This document shows positions 44,022-55,744 of a stretch of DNA of 64,000 nt, in pieces; the first letter of the stretch is position 1; every line of letters begins with the position of its first letter. Under the pieces are notes generated by a model. The model was not told the origin of the DNA. It worked only from the letters and a program-made list of their open reading frames with translations, and did no database searches. Origin of the DNA: Ostrea edulis (Eukaryota); the NCBI RefSeq assembly GCF_947568905.1, contig NC_079167.1, forward strand, positions 35,774,001 to 35,838,000. The letters are read 5' to 3'. Made by a program: the position numbers and the translations under genes.

Positions 44022-45530
44022 ACATCTTTTAGTGGATCGGAAAGTGACATTAATTTTTCTCATCCAAAGATAATGGTTGGTTAGATAGTGATTTTTCTCC
44101 TTTCTATGACATCGTTTCAGTATGTCATTTGTTTACAAGAAATGGTCATCCAAACCCACATAGCAGACATAATGACGTCATCTGAAGACTGGATTTTCAT
44201 CATCACGTGATCACATCAACACTCTGTATTTAGCTCTATTTTAAAATTCAATATGAAACAGAGAGCTATTATTTGGATTGAAAAAACGCAGTGCCTCATC
44301 AGCATCAGTGTTATTACATTTTTTTTCTTTGAAATTCGAACATTGCTGTTTGGTCTCTCGAGATAGTTAGCACAGGATGAACAGAAGGTGTATTGAGAAG
44401 TCCTTTTCAGTACATCTGAAGTATTATAACAATATGGACATTTTATAGAAACACGTTGGCTACAGATGGAAACACATATTTGATGAGATATTTCACCACA
44501 TGTATTTCATGTTATTGTTTCATACAACGAGAAACAGAAGGAGAAAAATCAACAACTGTGCCTCAGTTACTATCAGTACTTTGATTCGTAAGGGGCATTT
44601 TTACACTACTCAGAATTGTTTTGGACAATCAGAACAAACTTTTTATTCAAGGAATGTATGGGTAGCTCAAATGCAATATTCGTATCTAAGGTAACACACT
44701 CCTCGCTTTTGCCAATAAGAATTTCTAAACTATTAAATGATGACGTATGAACAGTGAGCAATAATCTGAGATGAAATTTTTATGTACAAAACAAAAGCAT
44801 AGAAAAAAGCCGAAAATATCTTTATAATTATAACTCAAAGCACAAAAAGTGTATATTCTATCTGTCTTTTATAAAATTTCATCCCTGTCAAACACTCCCT
44901 GTGCTTTACCAATTTTACAAATATAAACATACCATTTTTCATTTCTTGATATCCATTAAAGCAAAAGTAACTATCATTCTACCTATCATATAAAAACTGC
45001 ATAGTACATTTGTTAGAACTTAAGTCACAGCGAGAAACTGAGTGAAGGAATTTACTGCCTGTCTTATAAAATACAAGTTCCGTGAATGTGTGAGGTGTAA
45101 TGATTTGTATGTTTGTAAAACATTACCCCATTTATGGGTTTCTTTTGTAAAATTTATAATAAAGGTAAAACAAGATGTACTCTAATACGATTTCTTCTAG
45201 AATGAGACACTCATCCGGGTACTGTACACTTTCCATTGGTGTATGAGAATTATAAAGTTAAGCACTGTGTACTTGCAAGCTGCGAAGATGCTCGAATACT
45301 AGTACATGTAAGCTATTAGTTGAATTAAATGTACATTACTCATTTAATTACATGTAAGGTATCCATTTGGATAATATTAACGTGCGATGCTTACAGAATC
45401 GATCCAAATATATGAAATCGTGTTGGTTTGATTATTAATTTGTCTGTTTATCTCGCATCTCAATCCGTGCGTGATGTTTATGAAAATACCTGTTGTTTAA
45501 GAAATCTACATGTCTCTACATAACAAAAGA

Positions 45531-46500
45531 GAAATCTAATACACGCCTGTACATCTAATGTCTAACAGGAATACACACCTGTACATCTAATGTCTAACAG
45601 AAATCTAATACACGCCTGTACATCTAATGTCTAACAGAAATCTAATACACGCCTGTACATCTAATGTCTAACAGAAATCTAATACACACCTGTACATCTA
45701 ATGTCTAACAGGAATACACACCTGTACATCTAATGTCTAACAGAAATCTAATACACACCTGTACATCTAATGTCTAATAGAAATCTAATACACACCTGTA
45801 TATCTAATGTCTAACAGAAATCTAATACACACCTGTACATCCAATGTCTAACAGAAATCTAATACACGCCTGTACATCTAATGTCTAACAGGAATACACA
45901 CCTGTACATCTAATGTCTAACAGAAATCTAATACACACCTGTACATCTAATGTCTAACAGAAATCTAATACACACCTGTACATCTAATGTCTAACAGAAA
46001 TCTAATACACACCTGTACATCTAATGTCTAACAGAAATGTAATACACACCTGTACATCTAATGTCTAACAGAAATCTAATACACACCTGTACATCTAATG
46101 TCTAACAGAAATCTAATACACACCTGTACATCTAATGTCTAACAGAAATCTAATACACACCTGTACATCTAATGTCTAACAGAAATCTAATACACACCTG
46201 TACATCTAATGTCTAACAGAAATCTAATACACGCCTGTATATCTAATGTCTAATAGAAATCTAATACACACCTGTATATCTAATGTCTAACAGAAATCTA
46301 ATACACACCTGTACATCCAATGTCTAACAGAAATCTAATACACACCTGTACATCTAATGTCTAACAGAAATCTAATTCACACCTGTACATCTAATGTCTA
46401 ACAGGAGTACACACCTGTACATCTAATGTCTAACAGAAATGTAATACCCGCCTGTACATCTAATGTCTAACAGAAATCTAATACACACCTGTACATCTAA
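45531..46500. repeat. Minisatellite, 37-bp unit with a 32-bp variant, about 26 copies
   Basis: (aacagaaatctaatacacacctgtacatctaatgtct)n. Confidence 0.97.
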
Positions 46501-46612
46501 TTGTGGTATTTCACTTACAACTAGTGACGTCTCAGTTTTAGTGAAACATTCTGGACGTAAAACAAACAACTATGCCCCTCCTCATTTCCTCTCATACGTT
46601 GTGTAGTTTATT

Positions 46613-46797
46613 GGGGTTGGTTGGTTGTATATTGTTTAACGTCCCACGCGAAAATTGTTCATCCATATGAGAACGTCACCATTGCCGGTGATGGACCTCG
46701 ATGTTTTCGGTCTCATCCAAAGAACCGCCCCATTTAGTTGCCTCTTAGGACAAGCAAGGGGCACTGAGGACATATTCTAACCCGAATCCCCACGGGA
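46613..46797 (-). mobile_element. SINE fragment (MetaSINE-like core, recalled)
   Basis: (ttgg)n tail, then tgtttaacgtccc...gacgtcacca-like segment and ttagttgcctcttaggacaagca core, related to 14085-14266. Confidence 0.55.
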
Positions 46798-46989
46798 TTA
46801 GGTTTATTGTTTATTATGTATGAGAAGAATAATTGATCAACTTGGTTTAGACCAAAAGGAATAGCTAAAGATTAACATGAAAAATGAAAATCATGTCTGA
46901 AATCTCTAAAAGACATGAAATACCTTTTAATTTATATATACTACAATTAATGTTGTGACTTGCTGTCCCGATCAACTAGTCCGTAGTCT

Positions 46990-47290
46990 GACTGGATTTT
47001 GATTTTTAATGAAGTTTCTTACCATAAAGAATCTATATACAAAATATGAAAGCTCTACCTTAAATAGTTCGGGAGATATTGCCAAGATAAGTTTTCTTAA
47101 AAGTAGGTCAAAGGTCAATGCCACGAAGTAAAAAACCTTGGTATTAATAGAAAGGTATTGCCACAAGAAATGTACTTCAGAAATATGAGAGCCCTATCAC
47201 TCATCATTCAAAAGTTATGAGCCAGGTTCGAGTTTCAGACAGACAGACTGGACAAAAACAATATGCCTTTCACGGGGGCATAAAAAAATG
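46990..47290 (+). mobile_element. HINE 3' part (33201 family)
   Basis: aaagtaggtcaaaggtca...cagacagacagactggacaaaaacaatatgcc..gggggcataaaaaa. Confidence 0.65.
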
Positions 47291-47329
47291 CGAATCCACG
47301 CACGTTTGGAACGTCTACATTTGGAAATG

Positions 47330-48412
47330 ATTTAGTGTGGTCCAACTAATACTGAAAAAAAAATTGTTTTAATCAATTTCCTGTATATTCCCATATCACA
47401 CTTTGATTTCCAATCATGGCCACACCCTACCTCTGGGGCCCCTGAATTGAACGAACTTGAATTTGCGCACTACCTGAATATGCTTGCATATTAACATGAT
47501 TAATGATTGCCCTGTTGCTTTTGTGAAGGAATATTTTTGAAAGATTTCCCTCAATATATACCTAAATAAAATTTTGGTCACCTATTATGGCCCCATCTTA
47601 CCCCAAGGGGGCATGGTTTGAACAAACTTCAATCTGCACTACCTTGGGATGTTAGCATATCAATATAGACATCCTTGGCCCTGTTGTTATTGCGAAGAAG
47701 ATTTAAAAATATTTTTCCTATATATTACCATGTAAAACTTTGATCCTCTATTTTGGCCTTATCTTACCTCTAGGGACTATAAAATTTGAACAAACTTGAT
47801 TTTGCACTACCTGGGGATGCTTGCATATTGATATGAGTAATCATGGCCTTGTTCTTGAGAAAAAGATTTATAAAAATTTTTTTCCTATATATCCCCATGT
47901 AAAACTTTGACTTCCCTATTGTGGTCCCATCCTATCCCCGGGAGCCATGATTTGAACAAATTTGAATTTACACAATATCAGAAAGCTTTCATGTAAATTT
48001 TAAAAAATTCAGACCCAGTGGTTCTTGCGGTAACGATAAATGACACACTATATTTTTTTAATTATTATTATTTCCTTTTAGGAGGGAGCATAATCCTTCA
48101 TTTGAATATTCTTCGCTCGAGGATGATTTGTGCTAAATGTGATTGAGATCGGCCAATTGGTTCTTCAGGAGAAGATTTTAAAATGATGTCATAATCTTTT
48201 TACCCTTCAAAAAGGGATTGGCACTTTATTTGGACAAGCTTGAATCCTCTTTACCCAAAATATACGTTGTGGTAAGTTTGACTGCAGTTAGCGCTGTGGT
48301 ACTGGAGAAGAAGTTGAAAATCTTAAAAATTTACGGACGAACAGACAGACGGACTCCGGACAAAAAGTGACCAGAAAAACTCACCCGAGGTTTCAGCTCA
48401 GGCAAGTTAAAA
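47330..48412 (+). mobile_element. HINE carrying Cg170/HindIII-like about 170-bp satellite monomers
   Basis: 3-4 units containing atggcccc..ccccgggg..catgatttgaacaaacttgaa..cactacctg.ggatgctt. The 3' end has a GGAC microsatellite and aaaactcacccgaggtttcagctcaggcaagttaaaa. Confidence 0.7.
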
Positions 48413-48454
48413 GAGAAAGCAGTCATATGATAAAGTTTATTTAGTGGGGTTCTT

Positions 48455-49068
48455 GATACAGATTGATACCTCACTGGTTGTTACAGACAGATATTCCACT
48501 AATTGTTACAGAGTAATGCCCTACTAATTGATGCAAACTGATACCCCACTAGATTTTCAGAGTGATACCCTACTAATGATACAAACTGATACCCCACTAG
48601 ATATCACAGAGGGATATCCCACTAATTGATACAAAAATGATAACCCACTAATTATTACAGAATGATGCCCCATTAATTAACACAAACTCATACCCCACTA
48701 GTTGTTACAGAGGGATACCCGAGTAATTGATACAAACTGATACATGTACCCCACTAATGGATACAAAATGATACCCCACTAGTTGTTACAAAGCGATACC
48801 CTACTAATTTATACAAACTGATACCCCACTAATTGATACCCCACTAATTGATACAGACCTGATATCCCACTAATTGATACAAATTGATACCCACTAATTG
48901 ATACCCCACTAGTTGATACAAACTGATACCCCACTAGTTGATACAAACTGATACCCACTAATTGATACAAACTGATACCCACTAATTGATACAAACTGAT
49001 ACCCACTAATTGATACAAACTGATACCCACTAATTGATACAAACTGATACCCCACTAGTTGTTACAAT
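48455..49068. repeat. Degenerate about 25-bp minisatellite, more homogeneous toward the right
   Basis: (ataccccactaattgatacaaactg)n. Confidence 0.9.
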
Positions 49069-49559
49069 GAAATATAAGGCACGTAGAACAAGGGCAGGCC
49101 GATAGGTGCCCCTATTTTCTTTTTAACAACGATTAATTTCGGTTATTTTTACACGCACATTAAGTTCTTTTGACATGCAAATAAAAATATACAGGCTGAT
49201 TACCCAGTCAGTTTTTGAAAGTAGCATTGAATGGTAAGAACGTATGGTTGAACTGATGGATTGAACCCTTGTGATATTATCATTTGATTTAACCATTTGC
49301 TTTATCAAATAATTCATAATAATGTTAACATTCACATACACTTCAAAGCACTAAAATTGAAACATACATGTATAGTGTATATACATATGCTTACATTATA
49401 CATACATATCAGCACTACAAATACACAAATCTGTATACTGCTTGCACTAAAACAATTTATGAAGCACTATATGTAACTGAAAAATAGCTGAATTATCAGT
49501 AATCACACTTCACACATTTCATTACACGTTTACGTCTTAAATAAGCCGGTCATCTTCAT

Positions 49560-52500
49560 CTGTCGGGATTCACGGGTTTGGTACTACAATGTACATCGAT
49601 ATTTTGCAGTGATGAAGACGATAATCTGTCACTCTCCAATCTACAACGCTGAATTGATGCCGATGATGGCATTCCACTAATACAAATTCATGAGATAGCT
49701 ACTTGAACCAGCCACCATGAGTACTTAGGAGTATCTGAACATTTATGCAAAGGAACAAAATGCAGACCAGCTTCATGCTGTTAGCATCAAGGGAAGCAGT
49801 GTCAGATTGATGACGACCATGAATATAAAGTGAATAACATCACCACGAAAGAAGCAATACACAGCATTACCACAGTCATCAGTTACATCACCACAGTCAT
49901 CAGTTACATCACCACAGTCATCAGTTACATCACCACAGTTATCAGCTACATCACCACACTCAGCAGTTACATCACCACAGTTATCAGCTACATCACCACA
50001 CTCAGCAGTTACATCACCACAGTCAGCAGTTACATCACCACAGTTGCATCACCACATTCATCAGTTACATAACCACAGTCATCAGTTACATCACCACACT
50101 CATCAGTTACATCACCACAGTCATCAGTTACATCACCACAGTTACATCACCACAGTCATCAGTTACACCAGGAAAGAAAAAATACACATCATCACCACAG
50201 TCATCAGTTACATCATCACAGTCATCAGTTATATCACCACAGTCATCAGTTACATCACCACAGTCATTAGTTACATCACCACAGTCATTAGTTACATCTC
50301 CACAGTCATTAGTTACATCATCACAGTCATCAGTTACATCATCACAGTCATCAGTTACATCACCACAGTCATCAGTTACATCACCACAGTTACATCACCA
50401 CAGTCATCAGTTACACCAGGAAAGAAAAAATACACATCATCACCACAGTCATCAGTTACATCATCACAGTCATCAGTTACATCATCACAGTCATCAGTTG
50501 CATCACCACAGTCATCAGTTACATCACCACAGTTACATCACCACAGTCATCAGTTACACCAGGAAAGAAAAAATACACATCATCACCACAGTCAGCAGCT
50601 ACATCACCACAGTCATCAGTTACATCACCACAGTCATCAGTTACATCACCACAGTCATTAGTTACATCTCCACAGTCATTAGTTACATCGCCACAGTCAT
50701 CAGTTACATTACCACAGTCATTAGTTACATTACCACAGTCATCAGTTATATCACCACAGTCATCAGTTACATCACCACAGTCATCAGTTACATCGCCACA
50801 GTCATCAGTTACATCACCACAGTCATCAGTTACATCACCACAGTCATCAGTTACATCGCCACACTCATCAGCTACGTCGCCACACTCATCAGTTACATCA
50901 CCACAGTCATCAGTTACATCACCACAGTTACATCACCACAGTCATCAGTTACATCACCACAGTCATCAGTTACATCGCCACACTCATCAGTTACATCACC
51001 ACAGTCATCAGTTACATCACCACAGTTACATCACCACAGTCATCAGTTACATCGCCACAGTCATCAGTTACATCACCACAGTCATCAGTTACATCACCAC
51101 AGTCAGCAGCTACATCACCACAGTCATCAGTTACATCACCACAGTTACATCACCACAGTCATCAGTTACATCACCACAGTTACATCGCCACACTCATCAG
51201 TTACATCACCACAGTCATCAGTTACATCACCACAGTTACATCACCACAGTCATCAGTTACATCACCACAGTTACATCACCACAGTCATCAGTTACATCAC
51301 CACAGTCATCAGTTACATCTCCACAGTCATTAGTTACATCTCCACAGTCATTAGTTACATCGCCACAGTCATCAGTTACATAACCACAGTCATCAGTTAT
51401 ATCATCACAGTCATCAGTTACATCACCACAGTCATCAGATACATCACCACACTCATCAGTTACATCACCACAGTCATCAGATACATCACCACAGTCATCA
51501 GTTACATCACCACACTCATCAGTTACATCACCACACTCATCAGTTACATCGCCACACTCATCAGTTACATCACCACAGTCATCAGCTACATCACCACAGT
51601 TACATCACCACAGTCATCAGTTACATCACCACAGTTACATCACCACAGTCATCAGTTACATCACCACAGTCATCAGTTACATCGCCACACTCATCAGTTA
51701 CATCACCACAGTCATCAGTTACATCACCACAGTCATCAGTTACATCACCACAGTCATCAGCTACATCACTACAGTCATCAGATACATCACCACAGTCATC
51801 AGTTACATCACCACAGTCATCAGCTACATCACCACAGTCATCAGATACATCACCACAGTCATCAGTTACATCACCACAGTCATCAGTTACATCACCACAG
51901 TCATCAGTTACATCACCACAGTCATCAGTTACATCGCCACACTCATCAGTTACATCACCACAGTCACCAGTTACATCACCACAGTTGCATCACCACAGTC
52001 ATCAGTTACATCACCACAGTCATCAGTTACATCACCACACTCATCAATTACATCACCACAGTCATCAGCTACATCACCACATTCATCAGTTACATTACCA
52101 CAGTCATCAGTTACATCACCACACTCATCAGTTACATCACCACAGTCATCAGTTACATCACCACAGTTACATCACCACAGTCATCAGTTACATAACCACA
52201 GTCATCAGTTACATCACCACAGTCATCAGTTACACCAGGAAAGAAAAAATACACATCATCACCACAGTCATCAGTTATATCACCACAGTCATCAGTTATA
52301 TCACCACAGTCATCAGTTATATCACCACAGTCATTAGTTACATCTCCACAGTCAATAGTTAAATCGCCACAGTCATCAGTTACATTACCACAGTTGCATC
52401 ACCACATTCATCAGTTTCATCACCACAGTCATCAGATACATCACCACAGTCATCAGTTACATCACCACAGTCATCAGTTACATCGCCACAGTCATCAGCT

Positions 52501-54115
52501 GCATCGCCACAGTCATGTCATCAGTTACATCACCACAGTTACATTACCACAGTCATCAGTTACATCACCACAGTAATCAGTTACATCACCACAGTCATTA
52601 GTTACATCGCCACAGTCATCAGTTACATTACCACAGTTGCATCACCACATTCATCAGTTTCATCACCACAGTCATCAGATACATCACCACAGTCATCAGT
52701 TACATCACCACAGTAATCAGTTACATCACCACAGTCATCAGTTACATCACCACACTCATCAGTTACATCACCACAGTCATCAGTTACATCACCACAGTCA
52801 TCAGTTACATCGCCACACTCATCAGTTACATCACCACAGTCATCAGTTACATCACCACAGTCATCAGTTACATCACCACAGTCATCAGCTACATCACTAC
52901 AGTCATCAGATACATCACCACAGTCATCAGTTACATCACCACAGTCATCAGCTACATCACCACAGTCATCAGATACATCACCACAGTCATCAGTTACATC
53001 ACCACAGTCATCAGTTACATCACCACAGTCATCAGTTACATCACCACAGTCATCAGTTACATCGCCACACTCATCAGTTACATCACCACAGTCACCAGTT
53101 ACATCACCACAGTTGCATCACCACAGTCATCAGTTACATCACCACAGTCATCAGTTACATCACCACACTCATCAATTACATCACCACAGTCATCAGCTAC
53201 ATCACCACATTCATCAGTTACATTACCACAGTCATCAGTTACATCACCACACTCATCAGTTACATCACCACAGTCATCAGTTACATCACCACAGTTACAT
53301 CACCACAGTCATCAGTTACATAACCACAGTCATCAGTTACATCACCACAGTCATCAGTTACACCAGGAAAGAAAAAATACACATCATCACCACAGTCATC
53401 AGTTATATCACCACAGTCATCAGTTATATCACCACAGTCATCAGTTATATCACCACAGTCATTAGTTACATCTCCACAGTCAATAGTTAAATCGCCACAG
53501 TCATCAGTTACATTACCACAGTTGCATCACCACATTCATCAGTTTCATCACCACAGTCATCAGATACATCACCACAGTCATCAGTTACATCACCACAGTC
53601 ATCAGTTACATCGCCACAGTCATCAGCTGCATCGCCACAGTCATGTCATCAGTTACATCACCACAGTTACATTACCACAGTCATCAGTTACATCACCACA
53701 GTAATCAGTTACATCACCACAGTCATTAGTTACATCGCCACAGTCATCAGTTACATTACCACAGTTGCATCACCACATTCATCAGTTTCATCACCACAGT
53801 CATCAGATACATCACCACAGTCATCAGTTACATCACCACAGTAATCAGTTACATCACCACAATCATCAGTTACATCACCACACTCATCAGTTACATCACC
53901 ACAGTCATCAGTTACATCACCACAGTCATCAGTTACATCACCACAGTTACATCACCACAGTCATCAGTTACTTTAAGCAGAGTATAGAACTAAGAAACAA
54001 CAGAGCACAACATGAGAAACAGAAAATTCTTAGATCAACTTTGGACTATGAAGATAGTTTCGCAGGGTTGTCACTGGAGATTATTGAAGACGAGTCCTGG
54101 ACTCGTGGTTTATAA
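49560..54115 (+). pseudogene. Decayed coding remnant resembling a pogo/Tigger (TIGD-like) transposase C-terminus, split by the 21-bp array
   Basis: One frame with three stops: [53 protein letters not shown], and after the array ITTVISYFKQSIELRNNRAQHEKQKILRSTLDY. The family resemblance is a judgement from recalled TIGD C-termini. Confidence 0.35.
49866..53971. repeat. 4.1-kb minisatellite, 21-bp unit with a 14-bp variant and a 1128-bp higher-order duplication
   Basis: (catcaccacagtcatcagtta)n plus catcaccacagtta. ORF-track peptides at 51985/53113, 52394/53522 and 52637/53765 recur exactly 1128 bp apart. Confidence 0.98.
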
Positions 54116-54140
54116 GCAGCTTGAGTCAAAACTTTTGACA

Positions 54141-54917
54141 TACCAGCGGGAAAAAAGAAACTGTGTAATTCGTAATTTTATTTATAGATTTATATACAAA
54201 ATATTATGTTGCATTATGTATAACATTAATTGATATAATACATTGTCTTTCAATTCAAAAATCAAATCACGTATTATGTCCATTATCGTTGATATGACCA
54301 GCCATTGAAAATAAAGGGGGTGCCAAAAAGTTTCGCAAGTTTAATAGCGTGTACGACTGCCATTTGCACCGATGCATTCTTCACACCTACAACGCACTGA
54401 TCGAATAAGTTTATGCAGAAATGCCTGGGAAATGTTCCGCCATATGCACTATAAAGAAAAACGCAAAGCGTCCAACGTAGCAGGGGATTTGGCTCTTGAC
54501 GTAAACATTTCATCCCAAACATGTTCTATAGACGATAAATCCAGTGACACCGCAAGGTCAGGCTAGTACATTCACGTTTTGCTGCTGTAGATAGTCACTA
54601 ACACGGCGTGTGGTCGTGCGTTGTCCTGTTGCAGAATGACGCTGGTTGTTGTGAATGAATGGAATGACGTGCTGACGTACAATCTCGTCACGGTAGCTTG
54701 CGCCGGTTAATTTGCCCTCTACTATCACCAAAGAGGTCCTTTCATGTGTTGTAATTCACTCAGACCATAACTTTCCCTCCGACCAATTGGCGGCGCTGAA
54801 TAACACAGGCGTCAATGTAACGTTCTGCAGCACGACGGTAAGCCCGGAAACGCCGTCTCTGCTGTTGAGATGAATTCTCGACTCCCCCGTAAACAGAATT
54901 TCCGCCCAATCTCTGTT
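54141..54917 (-). mobile_element. Degenerate Tc1 (DD34E-type) transposon, C-terminal transposase part plus 3' end (outer boundary approximate)
   Basis: WAEILFTGESR (first D mutated), LQQDNARPH at 54609-54635, IEHVWD, and GANGSRTRY* ending at 54341. Confidence 0.85.
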
Positions 54918-55190
54918 ATTGAAATCATCTCGTTTGTCATAAAGTTGAGTTGTTAGTTTGCGGATAATATCTATTTTTGATAAAATTTCCAAGTACAAAG
55001 TAGATGTGGAGGACTCTGTTGTATATATTTTTTAAGTTCACTGGGATGTATCGAATCGACATATGAATAAAAATGATTCCTGTTTAAATCGTCGATATAT
55101 CTAAATGTCGAGTTGAAGGCAACAGTACGATATTTTTTCTTTTTCATGAAGAAGCTTTTGGATAAAATCTGCCTCATACGACACCAAATC
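54918..55190 (-). mobile_element. Penelope-like (Naiad-type, inferred) reverse transcriptase fragment
   Basis: VAFNSTFRYIDDL..HFYSYVDSIHPSELK / RKLTTQLYDKRDDFN with frameshifts. Confidence 0.8.
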
Positions 55191-55239
55191 GTTTTCCTTT
55201 ATTAGCTGACATGTTTTTGTATTCTTGTGAGGTAAGATT

Positions 55240-55610
55240 TATTCAAAAGCTTCTAAACGAAAGTAAAATATAACCCATCTTGCTCCGATCTTCAAGTCTA
55301 CATTAGATATATCGACAACACAATACTCACTTTCATTCATATTTCCATCCGATATACCATATATCCCAGTGAACTCGAAATAAAAGACACTACAGAGTCT
55401 TCCGTATCTACTTCGTATTTAGGTATTTTATCAAACTTAGAGATTAAAAGCAAACTCACAACTCAACTTTATGGCAAACGGGACTTCAGCTTCTCCGTTG
55501 TCGCCGCCCCTATTTATGTAGTTATATTCCATTATCACCTGCATGATGTATGGTGTTTATGTTTCTCAACAAATTCTACAAGCGAGGGCATGTTCTCCGT
55601 ATGGTGAACT
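55240..55610 (+). mobile_element. Second Penelope-like RT fragment, opposite orientation
   Basis: tagatatatcgac (RYID), IYPSELEIKDTTESSVSTSYLGIL..KLTTQLYGKRD, and a degenerate YGVYVSQ. Confidence 0.75.
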
Positions 55611-55744
55611 TCTAATCAAATCAAGTGTTCGCGCTTCATGATCAGTATGGCGAGGTGAAGCGTCGCAGTTCATACCCTCATGTATTTTCAAAAACGAAAT
55701 TTATTTCTTAACTTCAGTTCTTCATGAAGACACCGTGTATATAG

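Noticed and set aside
49610-49652. Terminal exon for the EGF-TM gene (AG|T GAT GAA GAC..CGC TGA, phase 2)
   Set aside because: It is phase-compatible, but the same frame continues as a longer decayed ORF that fits a transposase remnant better. Left unresolved without transcripts.
50498-52195. 565-aa ORF and the other His-rich/ITTVISY ORFs as real genes
   Set aside because: They are a by-product of a stop-free 21-mer. The starts are non-ATG variants inside the array, and no splice or promoter context supports them.
49866-53971. Repeated CTGATGA on the minus strand as hammerhead ribozyme cores
   Set aside because: No GAAA core partner and no stems I-III.
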